A DNA stretch of 64,000 nucleotides from Massalongia carnosa. Lineage: Eukaryota. Below, piece after piece: positions 11,696 through 24,501 of the stretch. The stretch's first letter is position 1; every line of letters starts with the position of its first letter. Below the pieces are notes generated by a model. The model was not told the DNA's origin. It did not search any database and was given only the letters and a program-made list of their open reading frames with translations. Made by a program: the position numbers and the translations under genes. The stretch lies in assembly GCA_965645245.1 (NCBI GenBank), contig OZ287073.1:2418001-2482000 (forward strand). The letters run 5' to 3'.

Positions 11696-14600
11696 TTACT
11701 GCTTGACCACTAAACTGGCTGACACATCCCCTTGATGAAGATTTTCTCCTTCAGTGGAATCTTCATCATTTCCTTTCTCATACCCTAGGCCTAATAGCCT
11801 GATGAATTGCTTTTGACGTTGGGGGGGTAATGACTTTGTTAGTCCATCAGCTAGAATGTTATTTGTTGAAACCCATTCTATACCGATTTTCCCCCTAGAT
11901 ATTTCCTGGCGGAGCCAATGCTTGTGAATATCCACATGCCTAAGCTTGGTAATAAGGCGGTTAGTGGTTAGGGCTCGAATGGTTTGACGGTTATCGCATT
12001 GAATACTAGTTGGATGATCGAGGTGGAAATTTATTGATTGAAAAAAGCGAGTCCACCATATCAATTCTTTCCCTGCGGCTGATATGGCTAGCAATTCGGC
12101 CTCGGTTGAGCTAGTTGTGACTGTGCGCTGCTTAGAGGCCTTCCAATCGATCATTCCATTGAATAGTTTGAATGCATAGCCTTGAGAGCTATATCTAGTG
12201 CTTGAATCATCTGCGAAGGATGCATCGCTACTGGCCAAGAATATCTCTCGTGAATAAGTAGCCTGTGTGTTGAACACAATTGCTAGATGCTTAGTATGGG
12301 CTAGATATTTGAGGGTACGGTTGACGCAATCCATATGGTGTTTGGATGGGTTGGTAAGAAATTCCGATAATTTGGAAGCTGCTTGGGCCACATCGGGCCT
12401 AGTGATGACTGCGGCAAAATTCAATGATCCTACCCGCTGTTGACAGGAGTGAATTTCTTGAGCTGTTGCCATAGAATTATTTTTGGTTAATTCTTCTAGT
12501 GGTAGTGGTGATTGTGTTGAACGCTTGGTGAGGTCCAAGTTGATGTTGAACTTGGCTATTAGCTTGTCAATGTATGAATCTTGGCATAGCCATAGCTGAC
12601 GAATATTCCTATCCCTGATGATGTGAATTCCTAGAAACCATTCCAATTGACCTAAGTATCGCATTTCGTACTTCTGAAATAGTAGAGCTTGAAACTGATC
12701 CACTTGATTGGTGTAGCGGTGATCATATAATATGACGATATAATCCACGAAGAAGAATAGCAAGATATGAGTATCTTGACTAATGAAAAGGCAGTCCACC
12801 CCCGGGACGGGCTCAAGATTCATCTCGATTAGGACTTTTGATAGATTTTGGTACCATAGGGCCGGTGATTGCTTGAGACCGTATAGTGCTCGCAATAGGA
12901 GTAGTAGAATATTGACTTTTTCTAATCCAGGCCACCCCTCGGGCAATTTACAATAGGTAGGTTCATCAATAGGACTATTTGCAAATGCATTGACTGCGTC
13001 GTACTGGCGTGTTTCAAGGTCAAATGCGGCTAGTATAGCCATTAGCGCTCTAAAAATCCGTGCGGCCAAGGTGGCTGCAAAGGTATCTTGCTCGGTACGT
13101 TGAAGATCACCCCTAGCACATAGTCTTGATTTGTATTTGACTAAATACCCCTTTTCATCGAGTTTGTACTTGAACACCCACATGGTTGGAATAGGTGTTT
13201 TCCCTGCTATTGTTGCTGCATTGATGTTGACCTCGGTCCAGGTGTTCTTTGCAACAAGCGCCTGAATTTCCATCTGCATGGCTAATTTGAAGCCCTCTGC
13301 ATGCGAATGCTTCAGCATTTGACGATAGTTTTCAGGTTCAATAGGTAAGCTATCTCTATGAAAGCGAGTCGGGGTATAGTCCTTTTTAGGCTCTTGATTG
13401 GAAATGTAGTAGGAACTTGCCATGATATTGGCCGAGAATGCAGCGTGATATGAATTCAACTCGCCATTCTTGGCTTGTGCTAAGGCGGTCGAATAGGCTT
13501 CATAGCGTCTATTGCGATTGCGACTTCTTCCCATCCCCTCATGTAAAATATTATCCGTATCGATACTTGAATTGATATCCCTTGATGCTTTTCTAGAATT
13601 CTTACTCTTTGCGGTGATTGATTCTGATAGATTTGGACCATGAATTGATGGGTTTGGGCTTGATGAGCTGGTAATGGAGGGGCTCGGTGTTAATAGGTAA
13701 GTGTCGTCTGATGAAATTTCGGCAGCATTTCCGTATCCAGAATTTTTGTCCTGAATTATTTCCTCCATATTTTCTTCCATGCCTTGTATGTTTTCCCTTA
13801 TGCCGATTCCACTTTCCTCCTCTTCATCATCCGATCCTATTTCGGTGATAAGGGTGATGGGATCCAGATCATGGAGCTCATAGGTAATTTCAAGCATAGG
13901 TTCGTTGACAGCTTGTAGTAGGTCAACATCGTGTGCATCATAATAGGTGTTCTCATTAAACATCACATCCCTCGTACGAATTACTTTTCTTTGACTTGGT
14001 ATCCATACTCGAAAGATATTTCTGGCTTCATACCCTACTAGATGACCGATATGTGCTCGTTCTTGAAGTTTTTGCTTCTTTAGTAGCTGCTTGTTTAGTG
14101 TGTACGCTTTGCATCTATAGTGGTGGAGATAGCTGAGATCGGGCGTGTTTCCTATGACTAGCTCGTAAGGTGTTTTCCATTGGTGCTTCTTCATTGGTGT
14201 GCGATTAGCTATATATCCTGCGGTGCGCACGATCTCCGGCCATAGGAAAATTGGTAGTCCTGCGTCAATTCTCATTGCCCTTGCTTTCATGGCTAAAATT
14301 CCCCCTTTTCTCTCAGAGTGGCCGTTTTGCTCCGGTGTGTCGGGTGTTGATGATTCATAGGTGATGCCCTTTTCAACAAGCAAGTCGTTGAAATTATTGC
14401 CCAATGACCGTTCTCCATCTGACCGAATAAACACTACCTTAGCCTTGAAGCGAGTCTCAATAAGATTGATTGCCTCCTTGCATATTTTCGATGCATCCCC
14501 TTTGCGTGGGTGGGTAAATACCATATTGAAATCGGTCGCATGGCATGCAAAGTGTGAAACCCATTCATCTTTATTCATCGCGGTGTTGAGCTGCATTAAA

Positions 14601-16646
14601 TCATAAGTGATGCGATAAAAGGGCTCATTTGATGTTTCTGCATTTTCTGATGAACGAGAAACAATGCGATGTGCTTTGAATAACGCGCAAGGTTCGCACT
14701 CGTTGGTTTTGGGGACTTTTCCTTCTGATTCTTCTGATATTTTGACTCCCCTAGTAGATGACTCGAGATGTTGAATAGATTCATCCGAGGCATGGGCTAG
14801 CATCTGATGCCATTCGTATGCTGTTGCGGTTTTATTGATAGCTATCTTTGGTTTCTGTTGCACTAGGAAAGCTGATGCTTGATCTGATGATGTGTTGTCC
14901 TCTAGCAAATAATGGCCGTTATAACGCTTTACATAAGCAACCGTTTTCCCTTCCCGATGGAGGTGATTCTTCCAATCATCAAAGTAAAGGCCTTTCACAT
15001 AGAGCAAGTCCTGAGAAATTAGGTTGGTCATGAAGTTGGATACATAGGCTACATTTAGAAGTGTGATGCTTTGAGGTCCGGTAGGAGTTGATACGGTGAT
15101 TTTGACCGTACCATAGCTTTCTATTGCTAGGCGTTGGGTGCCCGCAGTTAGATACTCTCCCATTGATTTCCTTTCCTGTGTGTAGCGCGATTTCATGGTG
15201 TTGTTGCACACATGGATATTAGACCCGTTATCCAATATCCATGAGCTCTTGATTGTGTAGCTATCTGCCGAGAATGATGACGATATTTTAGTAGATGTAA
15301 AAGCGCCTAACTCCTTCTCAGTGTTGGTGTTGGTGGTTTTAATGGCTTTTGATTGTTGTATTTCCTTTGATCGCTGAAGGGGTTTTTCTACCTTAGCTTT
15401 CAACTGCTGGTCTTTCATTGCTTCATCAATCTGTGTTTGAATTTGGGGTCTGGAAGTCCAATTTGAGGGCCGCTTCTCTGGTACTAGATAGTAGCAGTCA
15501 TTGTACCAATGAACGGACCCACAAAGACATTTGGGAGGCGTTTTTTGCCCATTAAATGTCGCTCCCTGTCCTTCCTTCTTTTTCTCGGTTGCAAAAGCTG
15601 AATGCGTGTTGTTATTCTTATTTTTTTGCGTTTGATGCAGGCGAACATATTTACCAAAGCTCTCAATTAGCGGGTGGAAATATTTCTCTTCCTTGCTGTC
15701 CAAAGTAATCAGATGAGCGTTGGCAAATGAAGGTTCGGTGGGAAGAACGGCCATTATAAAATCACGAATAGGCCGTGTTCCCATCATTTCACCAACTCCA
15801 TATGCCTTGCCATCGGTGTAGACTGTTTGCCATTCTTCTAACCATGTTTCTATATCCTGCTTGCCTGATCCCTTGCATAACCTGTGATATTTGTTCTCGA
15901 TCTCTATGAAGCGTGCTGAGTCGCTCGGTGCTATGCGGGTTTTCAGTGCTCGAAGCTGGTTCCATGGGTGAGGCTCTTCTTTCTGAATGTAGGTGGCATT
16001 TTGGACTGTGATGGTATCTTGAATGAAGGTAATAAGGTCGGCAAATGCCTTTTGCTGCTTTTCGTACTTGGCCAGCTGAATTTTGTAGATGTGGGTTTTG
16101 TTTAAAATAGGAGGGATGGATGGAGAATGATGGACCCAATGCACAGAAAATAGGTGGCAGAATGCCAGAAGTCTCTGGATAGTACAGAACTTCTATGAAT
16201 GAAATAATTCAGATTATTGCGACTGATCTCTAAGCTATGCGTAGGAGTGATGTTATATACACATGATCACAGAACATTTGAGATTCTCCTCGAACGTCTA
16301 TAGACCTGAATTTCTAAGCATCGAAGATACCAGAAATTCTCAGATGTAACCATTCCCATATCAGTAAAATACGCGAGGGCATTGGCATATTACGTCAGAT
16401 ATGATCTAGCTGGCTTGGCATTCGCAACAGGTTTGTGCCTTGTATACTTCGTAGGCTCTTGGGTCAAAAGTTGCGGCGTCTGTTGATAAGATGAACACCG
16501 GTTCCGTTGGCGATTAGATGCTTATTGGCTTGGTAATGATTTCTGGATTCACTAGGTCCCAAATTCCGCTGTTTTGTGGCCCGTGATCGGACGAAGGAAA
16601 ACCAATCGGCTGGCTTGCCTAGGACTATCTTTCGCGTGGTACTCAT
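11696..16646 (-). pseudogene. pol: Copia-2 gag-pol polyprotein (gag-PR-IN-RT-RNase H); gag split by a solo LTR
   Basis: 1482-aa ORF with WILDNGSNIHVC, IRSDGE, TPEQNGHSER, ALYGLKQSP, SDASFAD, ADGLTK; RT motif reads FVDY, likely mutated; gag start MSTTRK at 16646. Confidence 0.95.
16099..16429. mobile_element. Solo LTR (331 bp) inside Copia-2 gag
   Basis: TGTT...AACA termini, TSD GGTTT; removal restores gag ...YKAQT-HIYKIQ... Confidence 0.9.
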
Positions 16647-17038
16647 GTTGATTTTTGATTTGATGACTTGATGGTTATTTGATGCAAGATGATGTAAACT
16701 TACAAGGTAAGATGCAAGTTGCAAAATGCAGGTTGGTACTTTCTTCTAAAACGATGGATGTGCTTCCGGGCTCATAACTATTGAGCTTGATTTATCGATT
16801 TAAGCTCTTGGTGATTGAAGAATGATTTACGTTTTAGATAGACACTTGTATTGACGTGATGATTGCTTGCATTGAAAGGATTTTGCACCTATTCTCTCAG
16901 TTACTCAAATGTTGGGATTCGGTTAATAGATTACCGTATCCGAGCTACATATCGCTTACTGCATGACCACTAAACTGGCTGACAATTCTAGTTCATAGCT
17001 ACTGAATAATATCAGGGCAAGCTGCCTGACATGGAGAG

Positions 17039-17209
17039 TGTGACGAAGCGAGATAGTGAATAGATTTCTATCATTGCGCCACCTGTCCTTCCCGACCAAA
17101 AGGCACAATACTTAGTCCGCAGACCAAGCTCTATTCTACTAAAACTGGGACTCCTGCTATGTTCGTTGTAGGTCCTGCCGTCCGCACCACGCTTGGTCGA
17201 ACCGTTACA
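17039..17209. mobile_element. Solo LTR family A, copy 1
   Basis: TGTGACG...GTTACA, TSD GAGAG; homologous to 20900-21069 and 51519-51689. Confidence 0.92.
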
Positions 17210-17270
17210 GAGAGATACAAGACTCTATCTTGCAGAACGGATATCTAGATATGCTAAAACCAGAAGTTGA

Positions 17271-17624
17271 GAATAATACACAAGACGTCCGATGAGGAGC
17301 TCTAAACACCTGGGAAACCACATAGACTTTATAGCCATGGCATTCAACTCTCCTATTCTCGACTTGCCCCATCTCTGTTCCTATACTAATTTCCTTAACA
17401 TGATTGCTTTGACCTATCCCGCCTTTATCTGTGCTGAAGCACTCTCAGTCATAAGCCTGGATAGTGGAGACGTTGAGATTGGGTACGGATTGTAGGAGAT
17501 TGATAGTGCGCTGAGGGCGGCAGAAGAACGCCTGAGCACGATGGGTGAGGTTTCATAGCAATGGGCCCTGTTAAATACTAACCCGATCAGGACAAGCGGG
17601 AGGGTGCGAAGCGATTCCGTGACA
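17271..17624. mobile_element. Diverged partial copy of LTR family B
   Basis: Colinear similarity to 17820-18245, ending in GTGACA. Confidence 0.8.
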
Positions 17625-17756
17625 TAAAATTAATAACTTTAAACCGACTACCGATTGATAAAAATCGAAATTCTAATATATTATTCTTTAATAAATCATA
17701 AACAAATTCTTTTATAATTACAAATAAATCTATATCATTTCTAAGAGCTATTTTCT

Positions 17757-18245
17757 TGTCACGGACAAAGTCCAGATAGGGAGATATGCAAGAGTTACTA
17801 TTAGAAAGCTAGGTCTGGGGATAGTATACAAGACGTCCGACGAAGAGCTCCAAACACATGAGAAACCACATAGGTTTTATAGCCATGGCTTCCAACTCCC
17901 CTATTCTTGACTTGCCCTTATCTCTATTCCTGTTCTAATTTCCTAACCATGATCGCTTTGACCTGTTCCGCCTTTCTCCATGCCGAAGCAATCTCTCTCT
18001 GCTGGGCAATCCCAGTCGTAGGCTTGGATAGTGGAGACGTTGAGATTGGATTCGGGATATAGGAGTTTGGGAGTGCATTGAAGGCAGCGGAAGAACGTCT
18101 GAACACATGGGGTGAGGTTTCAGGATAGTTCGGAATAACGGGCCACGGTTCCATTCAACATGCAGGGTAGGTTTCACGGCAAGAGAGCCTGTTAAATACT
18201 AACGCGATCAGGAAACGTGGGAGGGTGCGAGGTAATTCCATGACA
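17757..18245. mobile_element. Solo LTR family B (489 bp)
   Basis: TGTCA...TGACA, TSD TTTCT; near-identical copy at 60386-60874. Confidence 0.93.
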
Positions 18246-18284
18246 TTTCTGTTGATCTATAACTGCTGTTTCTTATTTTACAAC

Positions 18285-19870
18285 TCACCCGCCAAAACCT
18301 GCACTAGATTCAGATCCCGACCCTCGCGAAAAGCCAGGTGGTAGGTTCTCCTTTCGTCCCAAGGGCAGGGATTCAGTCTTCTCATCAGCTTTTAGAGTTA
18401 ATAATTTATTGCCCGATCTGACGTGTGTTACAAACCGAAAGCAGTCATTGTCTGGTAAGCTGAGCCAAACCGCAATCGGCACTGTCAATAGATATTCAGT
18501 GAAATTTGCGTCGAAAACTCCTTCCACGGTGATAGATCCGACATCTGATGGAATGTTTTCCGACAGCCATTTCACCAAATCTTTATAATCCGGCAGTTTT
18601 GCTACGCCGACCAGCGTCACGGATATCAGGACTTTGCCACTTATTGTAATTGAAGCTCTGCTGGCATAGTAAAAAGCTCACTTTTGAAACGATTGATCTT
18701 TCTATCTACCTATCTAAGGACCTTGTTTATATAGATAGAAAAACATGCCGAAAACCGTTCTCCCTATGACTCACCTTCCTGCTTCCTAGAAATCTAAGAT
18801 TGGTGATTGACTCATATCCAATTTATGACTCGATGGGAATGTTCATAGAAGTTTTGCGGTGCTTCTCGAGGTCGTTATGTGTTGCCTAATGTTCTTACCA
18901 ACGCACTAATCCCAATGCGGTACCATGTGACTCTGAACAATTTACTAGGCATCAGCCGGGTGACTTTGCACATTACAACACCACTGCTTGCTGCTTGTGT
19001 TTGATAAGTCTGAGAGGCTCGTGTAGAGTGAAAAGCTCTGAGTGTAACTGGAGGTTGAGTAGTAGCTGCGCCGTGCCAAGGCGTGGCTTCGAGTTTGGTC
19101 CATAATGGTTTGTCGACCATCTGGGCGCACATAGAGCTTACGTTAACAGCAGTTCCATTTGCTTCTTTCAATATATCGATCATATGTTTTGCAAATCTTT
19201 TTGGAATCTCAGATGATGCGATGGTTTCAAACCCAGACGCCGCTAGAACTTCCAATCTTCCACTGATACCAATACTGGCCGACGCAGCGTTGCAACAATC
19301 TAGCAGAAGTAGCTTGTATCCAGGCGCATCCATAAGATTTGCCTGATGAGCCCACCAGTTGATATAAATTTCGCCTCGATCTCCACTATTTCATTTCAGC
19401 TAAGAACAAATGAATAAAAAACACTACTTACGTCCATTCAAAGCAATCGAACTGAGTTCCTCAATAGCGCTTGGTAGCCTCTCCATGTCCGCTGTAATAA
19501 ACGATAAGAAGATTATCATCTCCCTCGCTTTTGGCGATTCAAGCTTGAAAGATTCGAGTAAATCGAGATCTCACCTCACTAGGAGAGTAGAGTGTGCCAT
19601 TTGGTGTCGTTGTAGCGATCTCGTATACATCGGTGGAAAAACTGTAAATGTCGCGAAAGACGTCATTGAGGAGCTCGGAGGTGAGAGGCTTGACACCTAT
19701 ATTGTCATTGGAGCAATGTATGCCCAGAACGCAAACCTTTGCATATCTATCAATTTCATCGGGGCGACATGCTTGCACAGCCTGTTGAATCTTATTATGG
19801 ATTTCTGAAACCGCTCTGGGATATGAGTCCCGTACCCAAGAGCGAGTAGGATAGATTAATTCGCCATTGT
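18285..19870 (-). pseudogene. Caspase-like (peptidase C14-type fold) fungal protein gene, disrupted
   Basis: RYAKVCVLGIH...LLIVYYSGHG...KLLLLDCCNAAS...LEVLAASG; in-frame TGA at 19539; intron GTAAGT..TAG at ~19432-19387; solo LTR in the 3' exon. Confidence 0.75.
18642..18980 (-). mobile_element. Solo LTR (339 bp, TG...TA termini) inside the caspase-like gene
   Basis: Minus strand TGTTGTAAT...ATTACAATA; TSD CCACT; removal restores ...QAASSG-KVLISV... Confidence 0.9.
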
Positions 19871-20593
19871 GACAACAGCTAAAGAAATCAAGCAAGAGTA
19901 GTAGCTATTTCAATGGATGATCTAAGCTGAAATGAATCAAAGTAGATTCAGAAAATAGTGGAGCAAGAAATATCAATTAGAAAGATATAAGCTAACAAGG
20001 TTTTATAGTCAGAAAGGAGTAGTTTATGTACTACTATTTATCTGACAGTGAAGAAAAAGTTCCTTTTCCAATCCGTCAGTGATACCAATCTGCATGTGCA
20101 ACAGTGAAATTTTATTCACATGTTATCACCATAGAGGCTACAAGAACAGCAAAAGAGTACTATATTAAAAAATAAATGAAGTATCACATGAACAGCAGAT
20201 AGGCAGCGAATAGATCGTTTTAATAGAAATAAAGTAACAAATAAAGTAGTAGCAGTCCTGTTCAACAAACACTGTAAGAACTTTGAATTCATTAGACGAC
20301 ATAGTAGGCTTAGAGCGATTGGTTCGAAAGAGAAGTTTTGCATATGCAAAAACCTATTGACTATATCCCATAGTAGAATTATTGACCGAGCTTTGAACCT
20401 CGACAATGCGAGATACATTCAATCAAGCGATTGAGTTATAACTTGATGAATATGATGATTCACGTGTAGATAATAGCATGATTGTCATTGATGATACATA
20501 ATTATCTATGTGGGCTATCTACCAGTAGTCAGACAGCAGTGATACTGTAGGCCGCCAATAATCACCTGTTAGGCACCCGTGGGACTCACGATG

Positions 20594-20867
20594 TGTTGAA
20601 TATCCAATTCCTACCAGCACAATGAACACCTATCAGTACGATGAACATAGCACCTACGGCTGCCCTAGATGGACAGATCATCTACGGAAACCGTAGATGC
20701 CGCATTAGGCTTAGTCACAAGATAAGATAAGATCACCTCGCTTAGAAGGGGGTGACCAGTACTAGGAAAAGATTGCTGCCTAGCAACTCTTTATCCTTAA
20801 CATCACGGTCATACATACCTTTATTATTACATAGCCATATAGCCATAGTCATATACCTATTTCAACA
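20594..20867 (+). mobile_element. Solo LTR related to the Copia-1 LTR
   Basis: TGTTGAA...TTCAACA, TSD CGATG; both ends match the reverse complement of 2785-3042. Confidence 0.9.
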
Positions 20868-20899
20868 CGATGGAAGCCTATACTGGTGATAGTCTGACC

Positions 20900-21069
20900 T
20901 GTAACGGTTCGACCAAGCGTGGTGCTAACGGCAGGACCTACAGCGAACATAGCAGGAGTCCCAGTTATAGTAGAATAGAGCTTGGTCTGTGGACTAAGTA
21001 TTATGCCTTTTTGTCTGGAGGACAGGTGGTGCAATGGTAGAAATCTATTCACTATCTCGCTTCGTCACA
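20900..21069. mobile_element. Solo LTR family A, copy 2 (inverted)
   Basis: Reverse complement of 17039-17209; TSD TGACC/TGACT. Confidence 0.9.
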
Positions 21070-21596
21070 TGACTATCTTAACCGATGATAGCTTCATCAT
21101 TTAACATAACTCGATGCAAATCTAATAGAAGTAGCAAATGAAGTTTTGAATGAATAAATTCGCAAATGAAATAACTACCTATTTTTCGAACGTCATCAAA
21201 CAAATAAAACATGCAAAGATCGTTAACTACTCTATTAGACTACTTTATCTATTTTAATATCTTGTCTGGTACTGTTATTATTATATAAAATTCCGAAAGA
21301 TGATCCAATTCAGCTGTTTTACAGAGAGTAGTAAGAGCGAGATATCGACTTCGCTCAGTTAATGCTTATTCTACGTAGATTGTTATACACGATTTATTGA
21401 GAGGAAACATATCCACGCAGCTTTTAAGAAGAAACATTATAGCGTTATCCAGTGAGTCTGTCCTATTCATCGCCTGTAATTTCTCCCTGCCGTCATGATC
21501 TTTCAAGCAGCAGTCCGCGCATGATAACAATCATCCTGAACCAGAACCCTAAGCTCTCCTATCAAGTCCTTGTGACTAAATCTATCGCATCAATTA

Positions 21597-21714
21597 ATCG
21601 TCGGCCTCGCTTAGCTGTCTCCATACGTGGTGTACCACCTCTAGTCGGGGAAAGCGGTCTGCGTAGGCAAGCGGTCTGCGTAGTTTCAATTTCAGGATTT
21701 TTCTGGATTCACCC
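21597..21714 (+). repeat. Left arm of a ~118-bp inverted repeat (TIR-like)
   Basis: Reverse complement of 35351-35468, about 5 mismatches over the first 104 bp; preceded by TA; internal tandem AAGCGGTCTGCGTAG x2. Confidence 0.9.
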
Positions 21715-22161
21715 TGTAGGGGGGTGGAGCGGTGATACTCTAAATTCAAATTGCTAGCGGTTCTGGATTTGGTTCTTTTCGGCTGATACTCGGTAAAGGT
21801 AGCGGGGAAGTCAGGTGACAGTCTTTCCTTTAGTTTAGTTATAGATAGTTCTTTTCCTTTTAGAGCAAGCATGCTCGTAGCAATAGCTACACAACACATA
21901 GCATCAACACATACAGTTCACAGGCAGGAGGCATCAGGCACGAGGCGCGAGACTTACAGTAATCAGTCTAGCTATTGTTCTTATTCTATTGTTCTGTTCT
22001 TCTCTTGTTTGTTTGTTCTCTTGCACTCCTAGCAGTAGTGGATCACGCATACCACCCAGTTCATCCTTCCACATTTGGCGACCACGGTGCGATCTCTATT
22101 TGACCGGGAGAAGGAATCAAACGACGAGTCTAGATAGACATGTGAGACAGACAGTAGACTT

Positions 22162-22192
<31 letters not shown>

Positions 22193-22471
22193 ACAGCGAC
22201 AGGAAATAGCGACAGGAAACAGCGATCTAGAAGCAGCGACAGCGTACAGAGATCTAGAGATAGTGGGAAAACGACATACAGCGACCGGAGGAAGACAGAA
22301 AGAACGGGGGCATCCATTTGACCCTGACAGAGGGTGGCGATGCGAACAGACCTCACCTGAACGGGCGGAATTGATTATAGGGGAAGAGACGGACTCGAAT
22401 AGTCTGCGACACGGTGGAGACGGTCGAGCTTCTAACATAGTGACATCACGATTCCGATAGGCGGGAGATAG

Positions 22472-24501
22472 GTGGCCGATTTGACCCGAACCAATCAGCG
22501 AGCTCGAATTCCGTCTCGGTGCCGAAAGTTCGGGGCCATATCCAAAGTCCTAATTGGTCAGGAAAAGCTAGATATTTATACACGCAATCAGTGGTTCCTA
22601 CAGGGCCTTCCCAAGGACGTACGCGAGGAGTTGTTCTTCCGCCGAGGTGTTGATTTTGACGATAATGTGATGAAGGACTTTGATGGATTGGTGAAGAAGA
22701 CATTGGGACTAGTGGAGGCGAGGCTCAAATATAAAGAGGTGATGCGGACTGAGAAGAGTGTTACTGACAAATATAGTGCCCTAGCCGATCAATTTGATAG
22801 GAAGATAGTGCTTGATGGTCATGAAAATATCATGAATTCACTTACCCCACCAGTTGCAGACAGTTCGACCGTTAGTTTGTCGAAGTCCACGGAGAAGGCT
22901 ATTGCCGGTTTAACCGAAAGGTTTGATGCGCTGGTCCTGATGGCGGGAACTCAGACCCGTCCAGCCAATCAGAACAGTCAGCAGACTCGGAACCGTTCAC
23001 AGTCACCTGGTAGACAGGCACCTTATGATGGCCAGAAACCGAATGACCGTCAGTATGGAGGGGAGGATTCCTGCACATACTGTGGAGAGAAGGAGACCCA
23101 TGATAGGCGGAGGAACTGCCCGGAGTTTGATGCCAACCAGCGGAATGGTGTTATTCATCTGAATGAGCGAGGGTTGTTATGTCTAGGACCGATGGGCACA
23201 TATTCCAATCCCATTCGGCATGTGCCCGGGGTGACACAGAAGGAGTCCATTAGGCGCGCAAAAATGCTGGCCAATCAATTCAGTCATGCGGACCAAAGTG
23301 CTGATGTCCACTCAGTTCGAATTGGCGAGGATAGCGCAGACGAATATTCATCTGATGAAGAATGGGACCCTGAGGTGACCATCATCGACACCACCTCTGT
23401 CAATTCAGCTAGAACGGAACAACAGAAGCCTGTCGAGGAGAGCTGGAGGGAGCCAGCTAAGCGAATTCTGAAACGCAGGGCTGAACACGAGGACAAGTTC
23501 GCAGTACCGAAAGCACCCAGATATGGCAGTTGGAACCCGGTTCCTGCCTCGGTAGAACGTCGGAGTGACAACTCTGACCAATCAAGGCCACCTAGCTCAA
23601 TTGTAACTGATAAATCTCATGCGACTAAACCTCGTGTTACATTCGCCGACCCTTTGGAAGAAGATGTGACCATGACGGAGGCGGGCCCAGCTAGCTGCCT
23701 CCGCAGCAGCAGCGGCGGCGGCAAAGGAAAGAAACATGGGGTCGGGGTTCCGACAGGCCCCATCCGAAAGGAGGTTCGGTCTGTCGATAGAACAGATGGG
23801 CACCGAAGAGTTTCTACGGATCGCGAAACATGAGTTCAACATGGACCTAATACAGAGTCGTTGTTTGCAAATACCTTTGCCTGGTGCTGGAGGACTGACC
23901 TATGGAAATCTGATGGCCATGACGCCTATGTTTAAACCGGTGGTCAATAAGATGACACGGAATGCCGAACCGGAAAAGGCAGAGGGTCCAACGGTAAAAA
24001 TTGGTTCAATTGGCATTCGGGACCCGCGACTTCGCAGGGCCTACACGAGGTCGACACCAAAGGCCAAAGTGCAGATCGGCGATGGCAACAGGTACAAGTC
24101 TCTCCTAGACTCCGGCGCTGAAGTGAATATGATGACGTACAACGTGGCCAAGCGTGAAGGCCTAGCTATGCGACCCTATCCCAATATCAATCTTATTTCT
24201 CATACTGGAGACCGGAAAGAATTCCTAGGTGTATGAGGACGTTGAGGTTAATATCGGCGGAATAGTGTCGCTCAATCACATATTTGTCATCGACGCTGCG
24301 GATCATCAATTATTGTTGGGCCAACCCTACCTTCATCAGATGCGTGTCGATATGGATTATTAGAATAACGAGGTGGAATGTACTATACATGCGGAGGAGG
24401 GAAACCGAGCTGCCAAATTCACCGCAACTTCTGACTCAACTAGTAAAAATCGTACTGCAGAGGACATGTTTCCGGAGGGCCGAGAGGAGAATTTAAACTG
24501 A
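22472..24501 (+). pseudogene. gag: Gypsy-2 gag-protease, frameshifted
   Basis: CTYCGEKETHDRRRNC knuckle; LLDSGAEVN in ORF 23736-24236; ends ...EENLN* over TTTAAAC. Confidence 0.8.

Larger units (their letters stand above)
11518..16984 (-). mobile_element. Ty1/Copia element (Copia-2), full length, inserted in the Gypsy-1 3' LTR
   Basis: LTRs 11518-11724 and 16779-16984; TSD ATTCT (11513-11517 and 16985-16989); PBS GTTATGAGCCCGG; PPT CAAGGGGATG. Confidence 0.97.
5226..17031 (+). mobile_element. Ty3/Gypsy chromovirus (Gypsy-1), decayed; 3' LTR interrupted by Copia-2
   Basis: 5' LTR 5226-5431; gag with CWAC knuckle; PR (LVDNGSE), RT (YLDD), RNase H, IN, chromodomain; PPT AGAAGGGGGG at 11381; 3' LTR pieces ~11389-11517 and 16985-17031. 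Confidence 0.95.
20451..21083. mobile_element. Old LTR-like repeat (family D) carrying two nested solo LTRs
   Basis: ATAATAGCATGATTGTCATTGA...GCTATCTAC is shared with ~46380-46620, 50514-50789, ~58885-58955 and 60965-61172. Confidence 0.7.

Noticed and set aside
16099..16144. N-terminus MHWVHHSPSIPPILNK of the 1482-aa ORF
   Set aside because: It derives from the inserted solo LTR; the true gag start is at 16646
17924..18177. Duplicated small ORFs (also 60553-60806) as a gene family
   Set aside because: They lie wholly within solo LTR family B and have no recognisable domain
22160..22250. (CAGCGA)n repeat and QRQRQR/CRCRCR ORFs
   Set aside because: Simple microsatellite in the Gypsy-2 leader; the ORFs are artefacts
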